Shown: piece by piece, positions 13,751 through 30,408 of the stretch
How the letters are laid out: every line of letters starts with the position of its first letter
Position numbering within the stretch: the stretch's first letter is position 1
Assembly: GCA_951406725.2 (NCBI GenBank)
Contig: OX597822.1
Location: 114,390,001-114,454,000 of the forward strand
Direction of reading: 5' to 3'
DNA: 64,000 bases
DNA from: Octopus vulgaris
Lineage: Eukaryota
The notes under the pieces: model-generated
Seen by the model: only the letters and a program-made list of their open reading frames with translations
The model's database searches: none
What the model was told of the DNA's origin: nothing
Program-made: the position numbers and the translations under genes

Positions 13751-14182
13751 AATTTTATTTCTCATTAGAATCCATTATAGATCCATTAGTGGTTGTCTAC
13801 TGTAAAACTGGAGTACAGTATTTCGATATCGATCAGTAGAATTATATTTATCGGAATATTTCTTCCATTTTATACTCTCCTTCATAACAACAATATATGC
13901 AACGATTTTTGCAACAGTTTTCATACATTCCTTTCCCTGAATCTTGCCATAAAGAGTTTTGATGTAATAAACTAACATAATCAAAGTTCGGATATTGTAA
14001 ATTAAAGATTCCATGAGTCAAAATACACAGAGTAATAATTTACTTGACTTAACGGCAGTTAACATATTTGCCCTTTTTACTCCAACATAACATTATGGTT
14101 TAAAGCTGAGGTATTTAGAACATAACCAACGATAATTTAAAATATTAAATGCGGAAAATATATAAAATGGTCTAATACTTAC

Positions 14183-14364
14183 AAACTTTCAACATTCGGT
14201 GGAATGGGTTGCGGGATCGAAGTCAGTTGCCGAGATGAACAATCTATATTTGTCTTAGAATTTTCACATTTGCATATGGTGCAAATGTCTGACGCCGCAT
14301 GAGACTCCAAACAGAAACTCATAGAGAGTATCAACACAAACGTCAATTTCAATTGTTGGAACAT
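14183..14364 (-). CDS. First coding exon of an extracellular LRR protein (signal peptide + LRRNT cap)
   Basis: MFQQLKLTFVLILSMSFCLESHA-ASDICTICKCENSKTNIDCSSRQLTSIPQPIPPNVES(L): hydrophobic N-terminus, then a C-x2-C-x-C-x8-C LRRNT with the L-x-x-I-P-x-x-I-P motif. Acceptor ttttcttcttttacAG just upstream (exon starts 14384, 20 nt UTR). GTAAGT donor at 14182-14177, phase 2. Confidence 0.9.
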
Positions 14365-15049
14365 ATTTTCAGGCGTTGATTAATCTGTAAAAGAAGAAAA
14401 TACAAATTACCAGAAACTTCAATGTCAGTTCTTTCCCATTGCAAATCCTTCGTTGGACAAGATTTGGCCCCTGTTCCATGAGATGACTTTATCTTTGATT
14501 GCACTTTCAGTTTAATATTTAAACTTACAAGAACTGAATTCAATTATAATTCAAAGTGGTGAACATAATAGATTATAACTTTAATAAGTGATAATGTCGA
14601 AGATAAACAAAACATCGATCGCCCCTGCATACACACGCGCAGACACACAGACACACATACACACACTTATACACATGTGCGTGTGTGTAATGTTCTTCCT
14701 ATGTTGTTCTCCTTTCCTTCAACATTTCCTCTCCCGTCAGACTCCATGGAGATATTGTGGGAAGTTGCTGCAACTGACCAACTCTCTATAAACAGCCTTC
14801 CACTCAGCTTTCTACCCTCAATTGAAGAAACTGAAGCGACATCTGTTGATAACACCACAACAGCATCTACAACAACGCCATCAACAGCTGAGGACCCCTA
14901 CACCTGAACATTGGCAGCGGGAATATTTGCTCCCTGATTCCACGGAAGAGCAAGCTCTTCCCAAATTTCCTGCTTCCCAAACCAACAACAACAACAATCT
15001 AAATTCTTCTTTCGATCAAACCTCTCCATATTGCACAGACTCGTTGATT

Positions 15050-15720
15050 GTAGTGTCTGTGGTGGTTGGTCATCTTCATCGTCCGTCGTTTGGTGGTGCT
15101 GGACGTGAATATCAACGGGGGTAGGGCCTTCAGAATTGCCACGGTTTACACATTAACAGGAGCTGGAAACACAGATTTCTTCAATCTCGCACTTTATTAC
15201 TTGTAAGAGACTAGATTAGAATTTGACGGATGGAAGAACTGTGTAGGGCTAGTAGTACATTATGAGAGGAATGTGAACCCTCGAAAATCTGCTTTAAATC
15301 TTCCAGCTGTCTGCAGAATTACCCTCTGTATAGCGGCTTAGGAATGCTCTGGGTGTTGATGCTCAGACACGCGGTGAGATTGCGACAACTGCAACGATTT
15401 CTTGACGGTGAACGTGTGTGGACTCTGTGAAGCCTTTCTCCTTGACTAGGCTGCAGTCCTGGGTGAAGCGAAGCCTGAAATCCTCTGCCTGATGCCTAGA
15501 ATGTCAGACGAGCACGCATTTATTGAGTGTCCGAGCATGATAATGAAGGAAGGGCCAGTAACTGCTGGCATCACTGTACGGAATGAGTGGAGGATATTCC
15601 ACTGTGACTGACACATGTGAAAACCATTTTAGTGTTGACGGATGCGTCAAAGGATAATTCGGTTTCAGACAATCGACCAATAACACATTTACCAATCATG
15701 TGGTAACTGGTGACAGAAGT
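15050..15720 (+). mobile_element. Heavily deleted Tx1/L1-like ORF2 remnant
   Basis: Remnants RLVVLDVNINGGRAFRIATVY (endonuclease region) and EHAFIECPS (C-terminal Zn knuckle). Confidence 0.45.
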
Positions 15721-15729
15721 AATAACTGA

Positions 15730-16600
15730 AGAATTGTAGACATTTTAAAATTATGAAAGATTTTTATCAGACGAGAAGAAAGTTGTAAACACAGGTCAAG
15801 TGGGACAAAAGATTAGGTGTTAATAGACAAGATAATATTAAGGAATTGCAGAAGAAGGTTAAGGGGACTAAGAGTGGTCTGCCTAGATTACAAAAAGACC
15901 TATGACATGATCCCTTCCAATTGGATAAGGAAATATATGTGGTCATTTTGAGTGGTAGAAAGTGTACAAAGACTGCTAAAATGAGTTACCGTCTGTAAGA
16001 AGGTCATTGGATACAGTGAACATCAGAGGAGGAATATTTCAGGGAGATAAGATATCACCACACTTCTTTGTGTAAATACTAATACCTCTGTCGATGGTTT
16101 TGAGAAATGGTAAAGCTGGATAAAATTTGGGAAATGGAGTGGAAGTGATTAACTGCCTACAATACATGGACGATTTATAGGAAAAATCGAGATGAAATTA
16201 GCTCATTTGTGAACACAGTAAGTATTTTCAGTTGTGACATACGCATGGAATTTATCATGAATAAATGTATTATTTGGTATTGAAGAGAGGGAAGATAAAG
16301 CAGAGTGAACGACTAGAAATCAAATAATCCACCAAAAGTTTGTCGAATTTTAGAATCAGATACCAACAAAAACAGAGAAATGAAGGAAACCATTTTGACG
16401 GAGCATTTCAGAAGGATCAAGTTGATACTGAAATTTAAGTTGAATTCTAGAAACATTGTAAAATTAAACAAGTAAAGTAAAAGTTATATGGAAAAACATT
16501 TGCACATTCAGTTTATAAAGAACAGAGGTAGAAGACACTTGAAATTGGTTGAAAAGAAGATTTTTCAATAAAGAGACAGAAGGATTAATAATGGCAGCTC
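15730..16600 (+). mobile_element. Old R4/Dong-type LINE RT remnant
   Basis: Degenerate LDYKKTYDMIPSNWI, IRRGIFQGDKISP, YMDDL and ETEGLIMAA motifs. Confidence 0.65.
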
Positions 16601-16649
16601 ATGATGATGATGATGAGGATGATGATATTGATAATGATAATAATAATAA

Positions 16650-17672
16650 CAACAAATATAAACAAGACACCATACCACCTAACAAATATGAAGAAGAAGA
16701 AGAAGAAGAAGAAGAAGAAGAAGAAGAAGAAGAAGAAGAAGAAGAAGAAAACACAACAAAAGCTATAAAACAAATGAAATCCAAACTAAAACTAGAACAG
16801 CAACGGACCATGATAAAACGATGGCAAGAAAACCCCTTCATGGAAAATACTGGACCAAACTAAATGCAAAAGAAATATACAAAGAAAAACCCCAGCAATG
16901 GTTGAGAAGTTCAGGACTCAAAGCAGAAACAGAGGGATTTTTAAATGCAGCACAAGAGCAAAGCCTCCCCACCAGAAATTACCAAAAACCTATAATGAAA
17001 AGAAATATTACAAGTAACTGCAGAATATGTGGTGATGGACAAGAAACAATAAATCATATTATCTCTGGCTGCCCAGTCCTGGCTAAGGAATATATTCACA
17101 GACACGACAGATTTGGGACCTACATACGCTGGAAGCTATGCCAACATTATGGAATAACAACAGAAAAGAGATGGTATAGGCACACACCAGAAAAGGTCAC
17201 AGAAAACGAGAAAGAAACCATACTCTGGGATACACACAGATATAGAAATTAAGGCCAACACTCCATATATAGTTGTCAGAGATCATGAAGAAAAAAAATG
17301 CTTTCTAATTGATGTATCAATACCAGCAGATGACAACGTGTCTCTAAAAGAAATGGAGAAACTCTCAAAATACAAAGACCTGGAAATAGAGGTAACTAGA
17401 ATGTGGAATCTAAAAACAGAAACAATTCCTTTCATAGTAGGTGCATTAGGCATGATTAAAAAATATTCAGGCAAATACATAACAAAAACACCAGGACTTT
17501 CAAACACATATAACATACAGAAAATTGCACTACTAGGCACTGCACACATCCTACGCAGAACACTTTCCATACAATAACCATCAGAGCATCACAACAAATC
17601 ACAACACATACCCAAGGAACACAGAGCTGCACTCGGTAGTGAAGTGAAAGCCCGCTATAAAAATAAAACTAG

Positions 17673-17674
<2 letters not shown>
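16650..17674 (+). mobile_element. R4/Dong LINE 3' fragment (family B) with internal (GAA)n, flanked by (AAT)n
   Basis: WLRSSGLKAETEGF, CRIC..HIISGC (CCHC) and the REL endonuclease tail CFLID..EKLSKYKDL..IQKIALLGTAHILRR. Confidence 0.85.
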
Positions 17675-17765
<91 letters not shown>

Positions 17766-17968
17766 TCTTCTACTGGAAACAAAAACTCTGACTTGGTGGA
17801 AGGGATTACATCGGCCCTAGTGCGTAATGGTTAGTTATTTAATCGACCCCGAAAGGATAAATGGCAAAGTCCACTTTGGTCGAATTTGAACTCAAAACGT
17901 AGCAGCAGACGAAATACCGCTAAGTATTTCCCCCCCCGTTGTGTTAAGGATTCTGCCAATTCAACGAC

Positions 17969-18023
<55 letters not shown>

Positions 18024-18038
18024 TAATAATAATAATCA

Positions 18039-18106
<68 letters not shown>

Positions 18107-18344
18107 AGAAGAAGACGAAGAAGGAGAAAAAGAAGACGAAGAAGAAGATTCCTTTTTACTATAGGCACAAATTCTGTAATGTGGGAGGGGGACCAGTCGA
18201 TTAGATCTAGCGCAGTACACAACTGGTATTTAATTTATCGACCCCGAAAGCCCGATAAGACGAAAGGCAAAGTCGATCTCGGCGGAATTTGAACTCAGAA
18301 GACTATGACGGACAAATACCCAGCGTGTTAACGATTCTAGCAGA

Positions 18345-18393
<49 letters not shown>

Positions 18394-18395
<2 letters not shown>

Positions 18396-19398
18396 TCAAA
18401 TTTGCTTCCATTTCTTGCCGAGTGTCTTCCCGACTCCTAGGGTAAAGAAACTCATAGTATACATTGGTAGGCCATTAAACCAAACTCAGTAGTTCGTTCA
18501 TTTTTTTTTTTTTTTTTTAAAGTTAAATTAAAATACATGAGCAGCAACAGTTCTCACATCGACAATGCTCGTCTCAATACGTGTGATGTACCAGTTAAGA
18601 CAATCTTTTGCACTTCTTGCAGGGATGGTAAGCCAGGGATCATTCTCATATAATTTTCGGTTCCCTTCTTGATCATTCCTAGTGCTCCTACGATCACTGG
18701 TATTGTAACCACCTTGAGATGCCACATTTTCTCAATTTCAATGAGTAGGTCTTTATATTTTCTGAGCTTGTCAAACTCTTTCGCTGAGATATTATGATCA
18801 CAGAGGATGCTCATGTCGATCAATCAGCAAACTTTATTGTTTTGGTCTTTCACGACAATATCTGGTTTATTGGCCTTGATGGTTCGGTCTGTATGTACTG
18901 GAAAGTCCCACAGAATGGTTACATTTTCTCCTTCAGTTACAGCCTCAGGGTGGTGATTATACCACTTGTCGGCAGTTTTGATATTGTAATGCCGACTTAT
19001 TAGCCAGTGGAGATATTGGCCAACTCTGTCATGTCTTATTTATACTCCACTGGTGCTAAGACTTTACATCCAGAGATTAGGTGGTCCACTGTTTCAATCA
19101 TGTCGTTGCAGAATCGGCATTTTGGGTCTGCTCCATTTTTCATCACATTGGCCTGGTAGTTCCGGGTTAATAGGCTTTGATCTTGAGCAGCCAGGATGAA
19201 ACCTTCGCTCTCTGCTTTTAGCCCTGAGCTCCGTAGCCACTGATGGGTTTGCTTCTGGTCAACATCAGCTTGTTTGCTGCGGGTCACATATTTGCCGTGC
19301 AGAGGTTTCTCCTCCCACCTATCAGCCAATTGCTCGTGCGCTTTCTTCATTGCCATCATTTTCACCTTCTTTGCAACAATAGTTGCCGTACTTCCCTC
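18394..19398 (-). mobile_element. R4/Dong LINE 3' fragment (family A), 5'-truncated, flanked by (ATT)n
   Basis: Near-identical to about 32315-33320; CRFC..HLISGC and KPDIVV..IDMS..KYKDL. Confidence 0.9.
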
Positions 19399-19427
19399 TA
19401 TTATTATTATTATTATTATTATTATCA

Positions 19428-23741
<4,314 letters not shown>

Positions 23742-24039
23742 GTCGGCGATCTGGCAGGATCCTTAGCACGCCGGGCGAAATGCTTAGCGGTATTTCATCT
23801 GCTGTTACATTGGAAGTTTAAATTCCGCCGGGATCGACTTTGCCTTTCATCCTTTCAGGGTCGATAAATTAATAACTTAAATACGAGTTACGCATTAGGG
23901 TCGATGTAATCGAGCTGTTCCCTTCCTCCCAAATACGAAAATATGAGATTTGTATTTCACGTACAAAGGATTATTGTTATTATTGTTTATACCTTAATGT
24001 GGGTTGGAATTTAAGTTTTGTTTTGTATTTTTATTTGTG

Positions 24040-25011
24040 TTTCACCGCTATCTTCTGTTACACTCGATTGCCACTAATTCTCCACAAACTCACCCTTCGC
24101 AACTAGGGATCCAACTCTTAAGCATGTAAGACCGAAAAGAGGGGGCATCTTTGGGGGATGAAATTTGATACTGAAAGTGGAATTTGACCACCAGGCAGAT
24201 GCCGCTTTACATTTTGGTGACCCAGCTTCTGAAGGCGGGAACGAGCAGACATGTGGCGATGACCTAACTTGTCGAATGCTTTGGGTTGATTCAAATTGAC
24301 CAGAGCCCTTCCCAAAACCAGATCTATTCTCGGTTCCCTTCCATGATGTTTGCTGAAATTAGATTTTCACAACACCCAGTCTCCCAGTCCGATTGTTGCG
24401 GAAAATCATGGAATGAGGCCTTAAATCCCGCTGTCTCAAGTATATCGCTCCTCGAAAACAGTTTAACGAAATGCTACGGAAACATAGCGCTCAGTTGCTC
24501 GGAATCGGAGAGCACAAGACCGCTGCGGTCTGCTACTGACATAATTCTTGCTGCAATGGTAAACTGTGCCTCCACCACACGGGCCCAACTGACCATATTT
24601 GAGCTTACGTGTTCCAGAGAATTCACTGTAGCTCAAATAATGTAACCTTCGTGTTTAGCGTCGAAGAAATGGTCGAGATCCATTCTCACCGCCAGCACGT
24701 CCTTTGCTATCCCTTTCATCTCCTATGTGCCTCTTCTAAACTATTTAGTTTATTTTCTATCCTTTTATTCTTCCATTTGGTTCAGCCAATTGGCTGCCAC
24801 CATGCTGGAGCATCGCTTTGAGTCGAAAAAATTCTTTGTAAGCCTAGTACTTATTCTATCGGTTTCTTTTTATGAACCACTGGTTTACGGGGACCTAAAC
24901 ACACCAACATCGGTTGTCAATCGATGGTGGGGGACAAACACACACATACATATAAGTGTACACACACAGAGACACAGACAGACAGACAGACAGACACACA
25001 CACACACACAC

Positions 25012-25098
<87 letters not shown>

Positions 25099-27100
25099 AG
25101 AGAGAGGGAGATGTACGACGGGCTTCTTTTCAGTTTCCGTCTACCAAATCCACTCAGAAGGATTTGGTTGGACAGAGGCTATAGAAGAAGACACTTATCC
25201 AAGGTGCCACGCAGTGGGACTGAACCCGTAACTGTGTGGTTGGGAAGCAAGCTTCTAACCACACAGCTACGCCTTCACCTGTAGTTTTCTATAACAATTT
25301 CTGCTAAAACTAACAGATGTCACTGATTTTCTCTTTAGTAAAACACATCACTTACTCTAGATTATATCTCCTATCAATATTTGCTTGACTCGTATAATAA
25401 TCTGATCCTTGGAACATTTTCACACCGGAATGGATGCATTCATCTCCCAGTAACAGGATCCTTTTTATTAGTCTTTTCTATGACAACTATAAAGCTTACT
25501 ATAAAGGTTACGAGTTTGACTAATCCCAGAAAATATTTGTCTGCGTTCAAAGTCCCATTCCAATCACCCACCAAAATTAAGGAGCGAGATGTTCCCATCG
25601 GGCTCTACTGTTTCGTTTCCTGTTGCTTATATCCAAGACCTACCGACCAGATCTAAGAAAACTTTTTCCAGGACGTTGTATGAGTCTTCTAAGATTCTTC
25701 TGTGTAAAATGTTTTTCAATCCTTCCACATCATGTTGGAAACTTTTCTTCGAAACACTGTACATTGTTGCTGGCGTTCCTACCAGAGCCTTTTCTTGTAT
25801 AGTTTTGGAAACGTTGAGAGCATCAAAAGCCTCATTTGTTAAACCTTTGCTTTTACCTGAGTTTGTAAACTTCATGAGATCAACGTTTTACTTTCGGAGA
25901 ACTGTTCAGTTGGGAGACTCATCCGTCAGGTGTTGCTCTAAATGTTACGTCCATTGTAATTGAGGTGGGCGTCGGTTTAGTTGCTTTTGGCTTTGGTCCT
26001 TTTCTTTCCGATCCCGATGTGACTCGCGCTGTTGTTCGGAATGTCGTTTCTTTTTTCTTTTGTTGTTGCAAGATTGTCTCTTGTTGTTGAAGTTATTGTT
26101 GTGGGTGTTGTAATTGTTGTTCTATCGATTTATGAGACTAGGGACACTCGTACTTGATGCAAACAAAGTTTGAGGGGTTAGTGGTCAAGACACTATTTTC
26201 ACCATTCCTGACTACCCACTAGGGTGATTTGGTGTCTTCCAAAGCTACTTCAATATCCGAAGAGTTGCCTGGATTTGGATTTAATTTCTTCCGTATCGTT
26301 TACTGATGTTGTTCGTAGTGGTGGTCGTGATTATGGAGGTAGTCACGGGACTATTTTTCACGCCTTTCCTTGAGTGGAGGTTTGTTTTGTTGCTTCTGTG
26401 TTTATCGTTGTTGTGGTGGGTTCTACTACCGTTCTCTTTGTAATTACAGTAGATTTTGCGTTGGAAGCAGCGATGCAGTGCGAGTTATTTCACTACTGTG
26501 ACGTAGAAAGCTTTGGGCTGATCTATTTTGCCACATGTATAACATCTGGATTTCCTACCCTTGACGACCACCGGCATCTGCCAAACAATCTCCGATAGAC
26601 AAAAAGTTTGGTATGGAAACCACATCTTCTGGAACACTTACAACTTGGAATTCCTGCTTTTTATTTTGATGGGGTGTTGATTTCATGCTCATTATTTCCC
26701 CGTGCTTGTCCCTACGAGGAGGTACGCTTGTGACCCGCACGTTCGTCACATAACGTTCCATATATAAGAGTAGCATTGCGAACTGGGGTGCAGGCCGTCG
26801 TAACCCTCCTACGCACATCCTTTGATGGCCACCATGGTCCCATGTTGTATTCCTTGAGAGATATACACTACGGTTGAGGAAAGGAATTGTAGCATCGATT
26901 CTGCGCGATTGGTGCTCTTATAGATTCCTCTTATTTTCTCGGTGCACATCATTCCCCCTTCTGGGAGTGACATGGCCCCAGGATGAACGATATTGCTCCT
27001 ATACGTTTTTAATGACATCTAATTCCCCTTTAAGTAAAACGACGATCCGCCGCTTTGTAATGTTCGCGAAGAATGTTTTTTTTTCTTTATGGATTTTCAT
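24040..27100 (-). mobile_element. Degenerate Tx1/L1-like LINE (ORF1 about 26400-27050, APE about 25400-25950, RT about 24100-24700), with a SINE-like repeat inserted at about 24790-25280
   Basis: YISQGIQHGT and SRCYTCGK (ORF1), SLILVGDWN and YWEMNAS (endonuclease), ALVNLNQPKAFDKLGH (RT), in the correct order. Confidence 0.6.
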
Positions 27101-27989
27101 CGTTATTGTTGTTGTTGTTGTTGTTGCCCTTGTAGATTATTAATGTTCTTCTTGTTAATGTTCTTCTCATCCATTTTATTGTTGTTGTTGTCTCAATTGT
27201 GGCGGCTGCTGTCGACGTTACAGTTGTAGTTATTGTTGTTGTTGCTAAAGCTATCAGCACCATTGTTGGTAGCTTTATCGCTGCTGCTGTAGTTTCTTAT
27301 TATTGTTGCTGTCGTTGTTGTTGTCGTAGTTCATACTAATACTAGTGCTACTATTGTTACTGTTGTCGTCATCGTCGTCGTCGCTGATGTTGTTTACTGT
27401 TTTGTGTTTTATTGTTCGTGGGGCGGCAACCGACTCGTATGGCTGACTACTATGTCAAATCGTTTAACTACGACGTAAGAGGTGAGGCGAATACATTTCC
27501 TCCAAAACTACTCCTCTATTTAAATTCGTGGAAAAAGAAGTTAATAGATGATATGTTTCGGGAAAAACCTCGGGACCAGTTGATGCCAGTTTCGTCATTA
27601 GAACTGGAACAATCTGCTTCAGTAGTAATCAATATAACAGTGGCAGACACTACTGAAGAAGGTTCACAATCACAAGACCTGCCCAGGGAGAGACCACCGA
27701 TAGACTATATATACACTACTCGTATATAATTATTTCCGTTGGATTCGACTTTCGGAAACATCGAAGAACTAATGGTTTTTGCATACGCATACCGGCATTA
27801 ATGTTTAAACTACACGAAATTTTACAATTTTAAAGTTTATGCTCTTAAAACTTTATATTTACATGTATGTGCAGCTTGTTGACAAGCATTTCTTATTAGC
27901 TTTGACGTCAAAATTTTGCAGTTTATCACTGAGCAATCCCCAAACCTTACAAATTTGAATACGAGTAAGAATGTGTAATAAACATGCAA

Positions 27990-28041
<52 letters not shown>

Positions 28042-28734
28042 AGATAAGTAAAATTCCACAAATGCGGATAATTCAAAATATGTGTTGAATACATGAGACT
28101 CCAGAATCAGGTTTATACGACCAGAATGTACACACAAAAATGTGTACATTTTTTTACAAGTGTATACACCTACGTCTATACGTCTATACACATGTGTGTG
28201 TGTGTTTGTGTGTGTGTTTTTTTTTGTATGCATGTATACGTATGTGGATGCGTGTGTATGCACAGAAAAGCCACATAATGACATAGACTGAAACAAAATA
28301 TGTGCACTAACCCATGATTATACACACAAAATACTGATTATATTTATAGAAATGTTATTGTTTTCCAATCAGCGACATTTGTTTTACCTCCGAACTGCGC
28401 CGTATTTATATTTTGGTCTACGATGAATATTTGCATAATAAATGTCTAAATTAAATTACAGAAGTTCATGTTCAATACAATAGTTAGCTCAATAAACGCC
28501 AGTAGTTTCGTCGTAAACATCATTATTTAGCCTCAAAAGGCAATTCATGACTACACATTTAGTGAATATATGGTCCTTAAGTAGGAGATTCCCTTATTGT
28601 ATGAGATGGAAATCTGTCATTTATGGTGCTCCTGATTTTTTATCCTATTTAGAACTACAACTAACTATCCAGTGCTAAATACGCGCTCTCGTAGATATAC
28701 TCCCACTCTGATAAAAGACTAACCCTGAAATATA

Positions 28735-29150
28735 TTTATGGTAATAACAAAGAATGTTATCAAGGGGCCATGCCTGCGATTATGTTGAAAAAGTAGATTT
28801 GTCTCGCTTTGTGACAAATAAATTCGTGAAATGAAAACCCATTCTTCTTAACTGTTGCCAGTAAATATTTCTGCTGTATAAAGAAGATGGTTGCACTCTT
28901 CTATAATTGTTGCTCAGGTTCTATTTAGTAAACTCTTCAGGGGTCTGAGGTTTCGTTCTCACATTATAATACTCCAAACGTTCATCACCAGAATATGAGG
29001 TGGAATTCCACGTGGATTTTGTTCATTTAACAACTCCACTGGAAAATTTATAGCTCATCTTCATCATTATAATGATCATCATCTTGATCATGAAAATCCT
29101 CACAATCCCCTCCACCTCATCATCTTCGTTATCATCGTCATCAATATCTG
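28735..29150. repeat. Inverted duplicate of about 45811-46225
   Basis: The reverse complement matches almost base for base (e.g. tggaattccacgtgg..gttcatttaacaactccactggaaaatttatagctcatc). Confidence 0.9.
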
Positions 29151-30333
29151 CATCCTCGTCGCTGCATCAACATCTTCACTGTTGTCATCGTCGTCGTAGT
29201 CTTTTTCCTAGTTGTCGTCATCGTCATCAACAATTATCGAATCATTGATTTTATATATTTTCTTGATAGACCCGGTATATGAGCTGCAGAATATCATTGT
29301 TAAGTTTCAATGTTTCACAAACTTTCGAAGTCAGCACAATCAGGTAGATTCCCAATGTAAGTTATATAAATCAAAAGAGGCAGTTTGTTCATCATTGATG
29401 ATGTTAACTGAATTTACAATAAATAAAGTGGACTATATCATCGACAATCATTGCTTATGGTATGGCAAGCATACAATCATTAAGCCCAGCATTGTAAGTG
29501 AAAATAACATTTCTAATATTCAAGATACAAATATGAAATCCTTCTTGCTCGCATTTCCCATTTTTACTGGAAGATGAAGAATTTTCACATATCTCTATAA
29601 TGGCCAACTCTTCGTGCAGTATTTTTATATTAACATTGCTGAATCTTCGAATTGCATTAGCTGTCTGGTGAAAGTCATCTCCAAATATCTAAAGCGTTTC
29701 ATTAAATAGATGACCATTTTACATAATTTCCTTTAGAAGTTTCATCGTTAATACGAAATGTGTTACTTGATAAGGTAGAGGATTTATCAACAATGAATGG
29801 TGGGTTAGTATTTTATCCTCGGTGCAAAGTTGGTCTTACCTTAAGCAGGTAATTGACTTTACAATCCCAAATGATGAGAAAATCAATATGGAAACTATAC
29901 AGAAAATAGCAAAGTACCAGGGTCTAGCCATTCAGTTATAGAGGCGAGGAAATGTGTGGATAAAATGTAACCCTGTAGCTATAAGTGCATTACGAATTAT
30001 CCCTAAGGGTTTCACAAAGAAATAGAAAAACTAGGCGTAAAGACTACTTTAGTGCAGCTCCAGGAAACCGTGTTATTAGGGACAGCTAGGATACTTAGGA
30101 AGGTTTTTCGCATATAAGGTTACTTGCGGTAGCCCGATGTTAGGAACTTTTCTTATTCCAGTCTAATCTGTTGTGCGTAGAGGAAATAATAATCCTTACT
30201 TCTAAATACAAATGGGCTGTTTTTTCCCTAATTTTGGTGATGGGGACTAGATGATTACATCGACCCCAGTGTTTTACTGGTACATCATTTATCAACCCCG
30301 AAAGTATCAAATGTAAAATCGATTTCGCCGCTC

Positions 30334-30408
<75 letters not shown>

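Noticed and set aside
1359-14182. Additional LRR exons between the identified cassettes
   Set aside because: No other AG-72 nt-GT segment with LRR consensus was found by eye; a divergent one could have been missed.
27412-27729. 105-aa plus-strand ORF (also 14677-14907) as host genes
   Set aside because: No recognisable domain or splice structure; both lie next to degenerate Tx1/L1 remnants.
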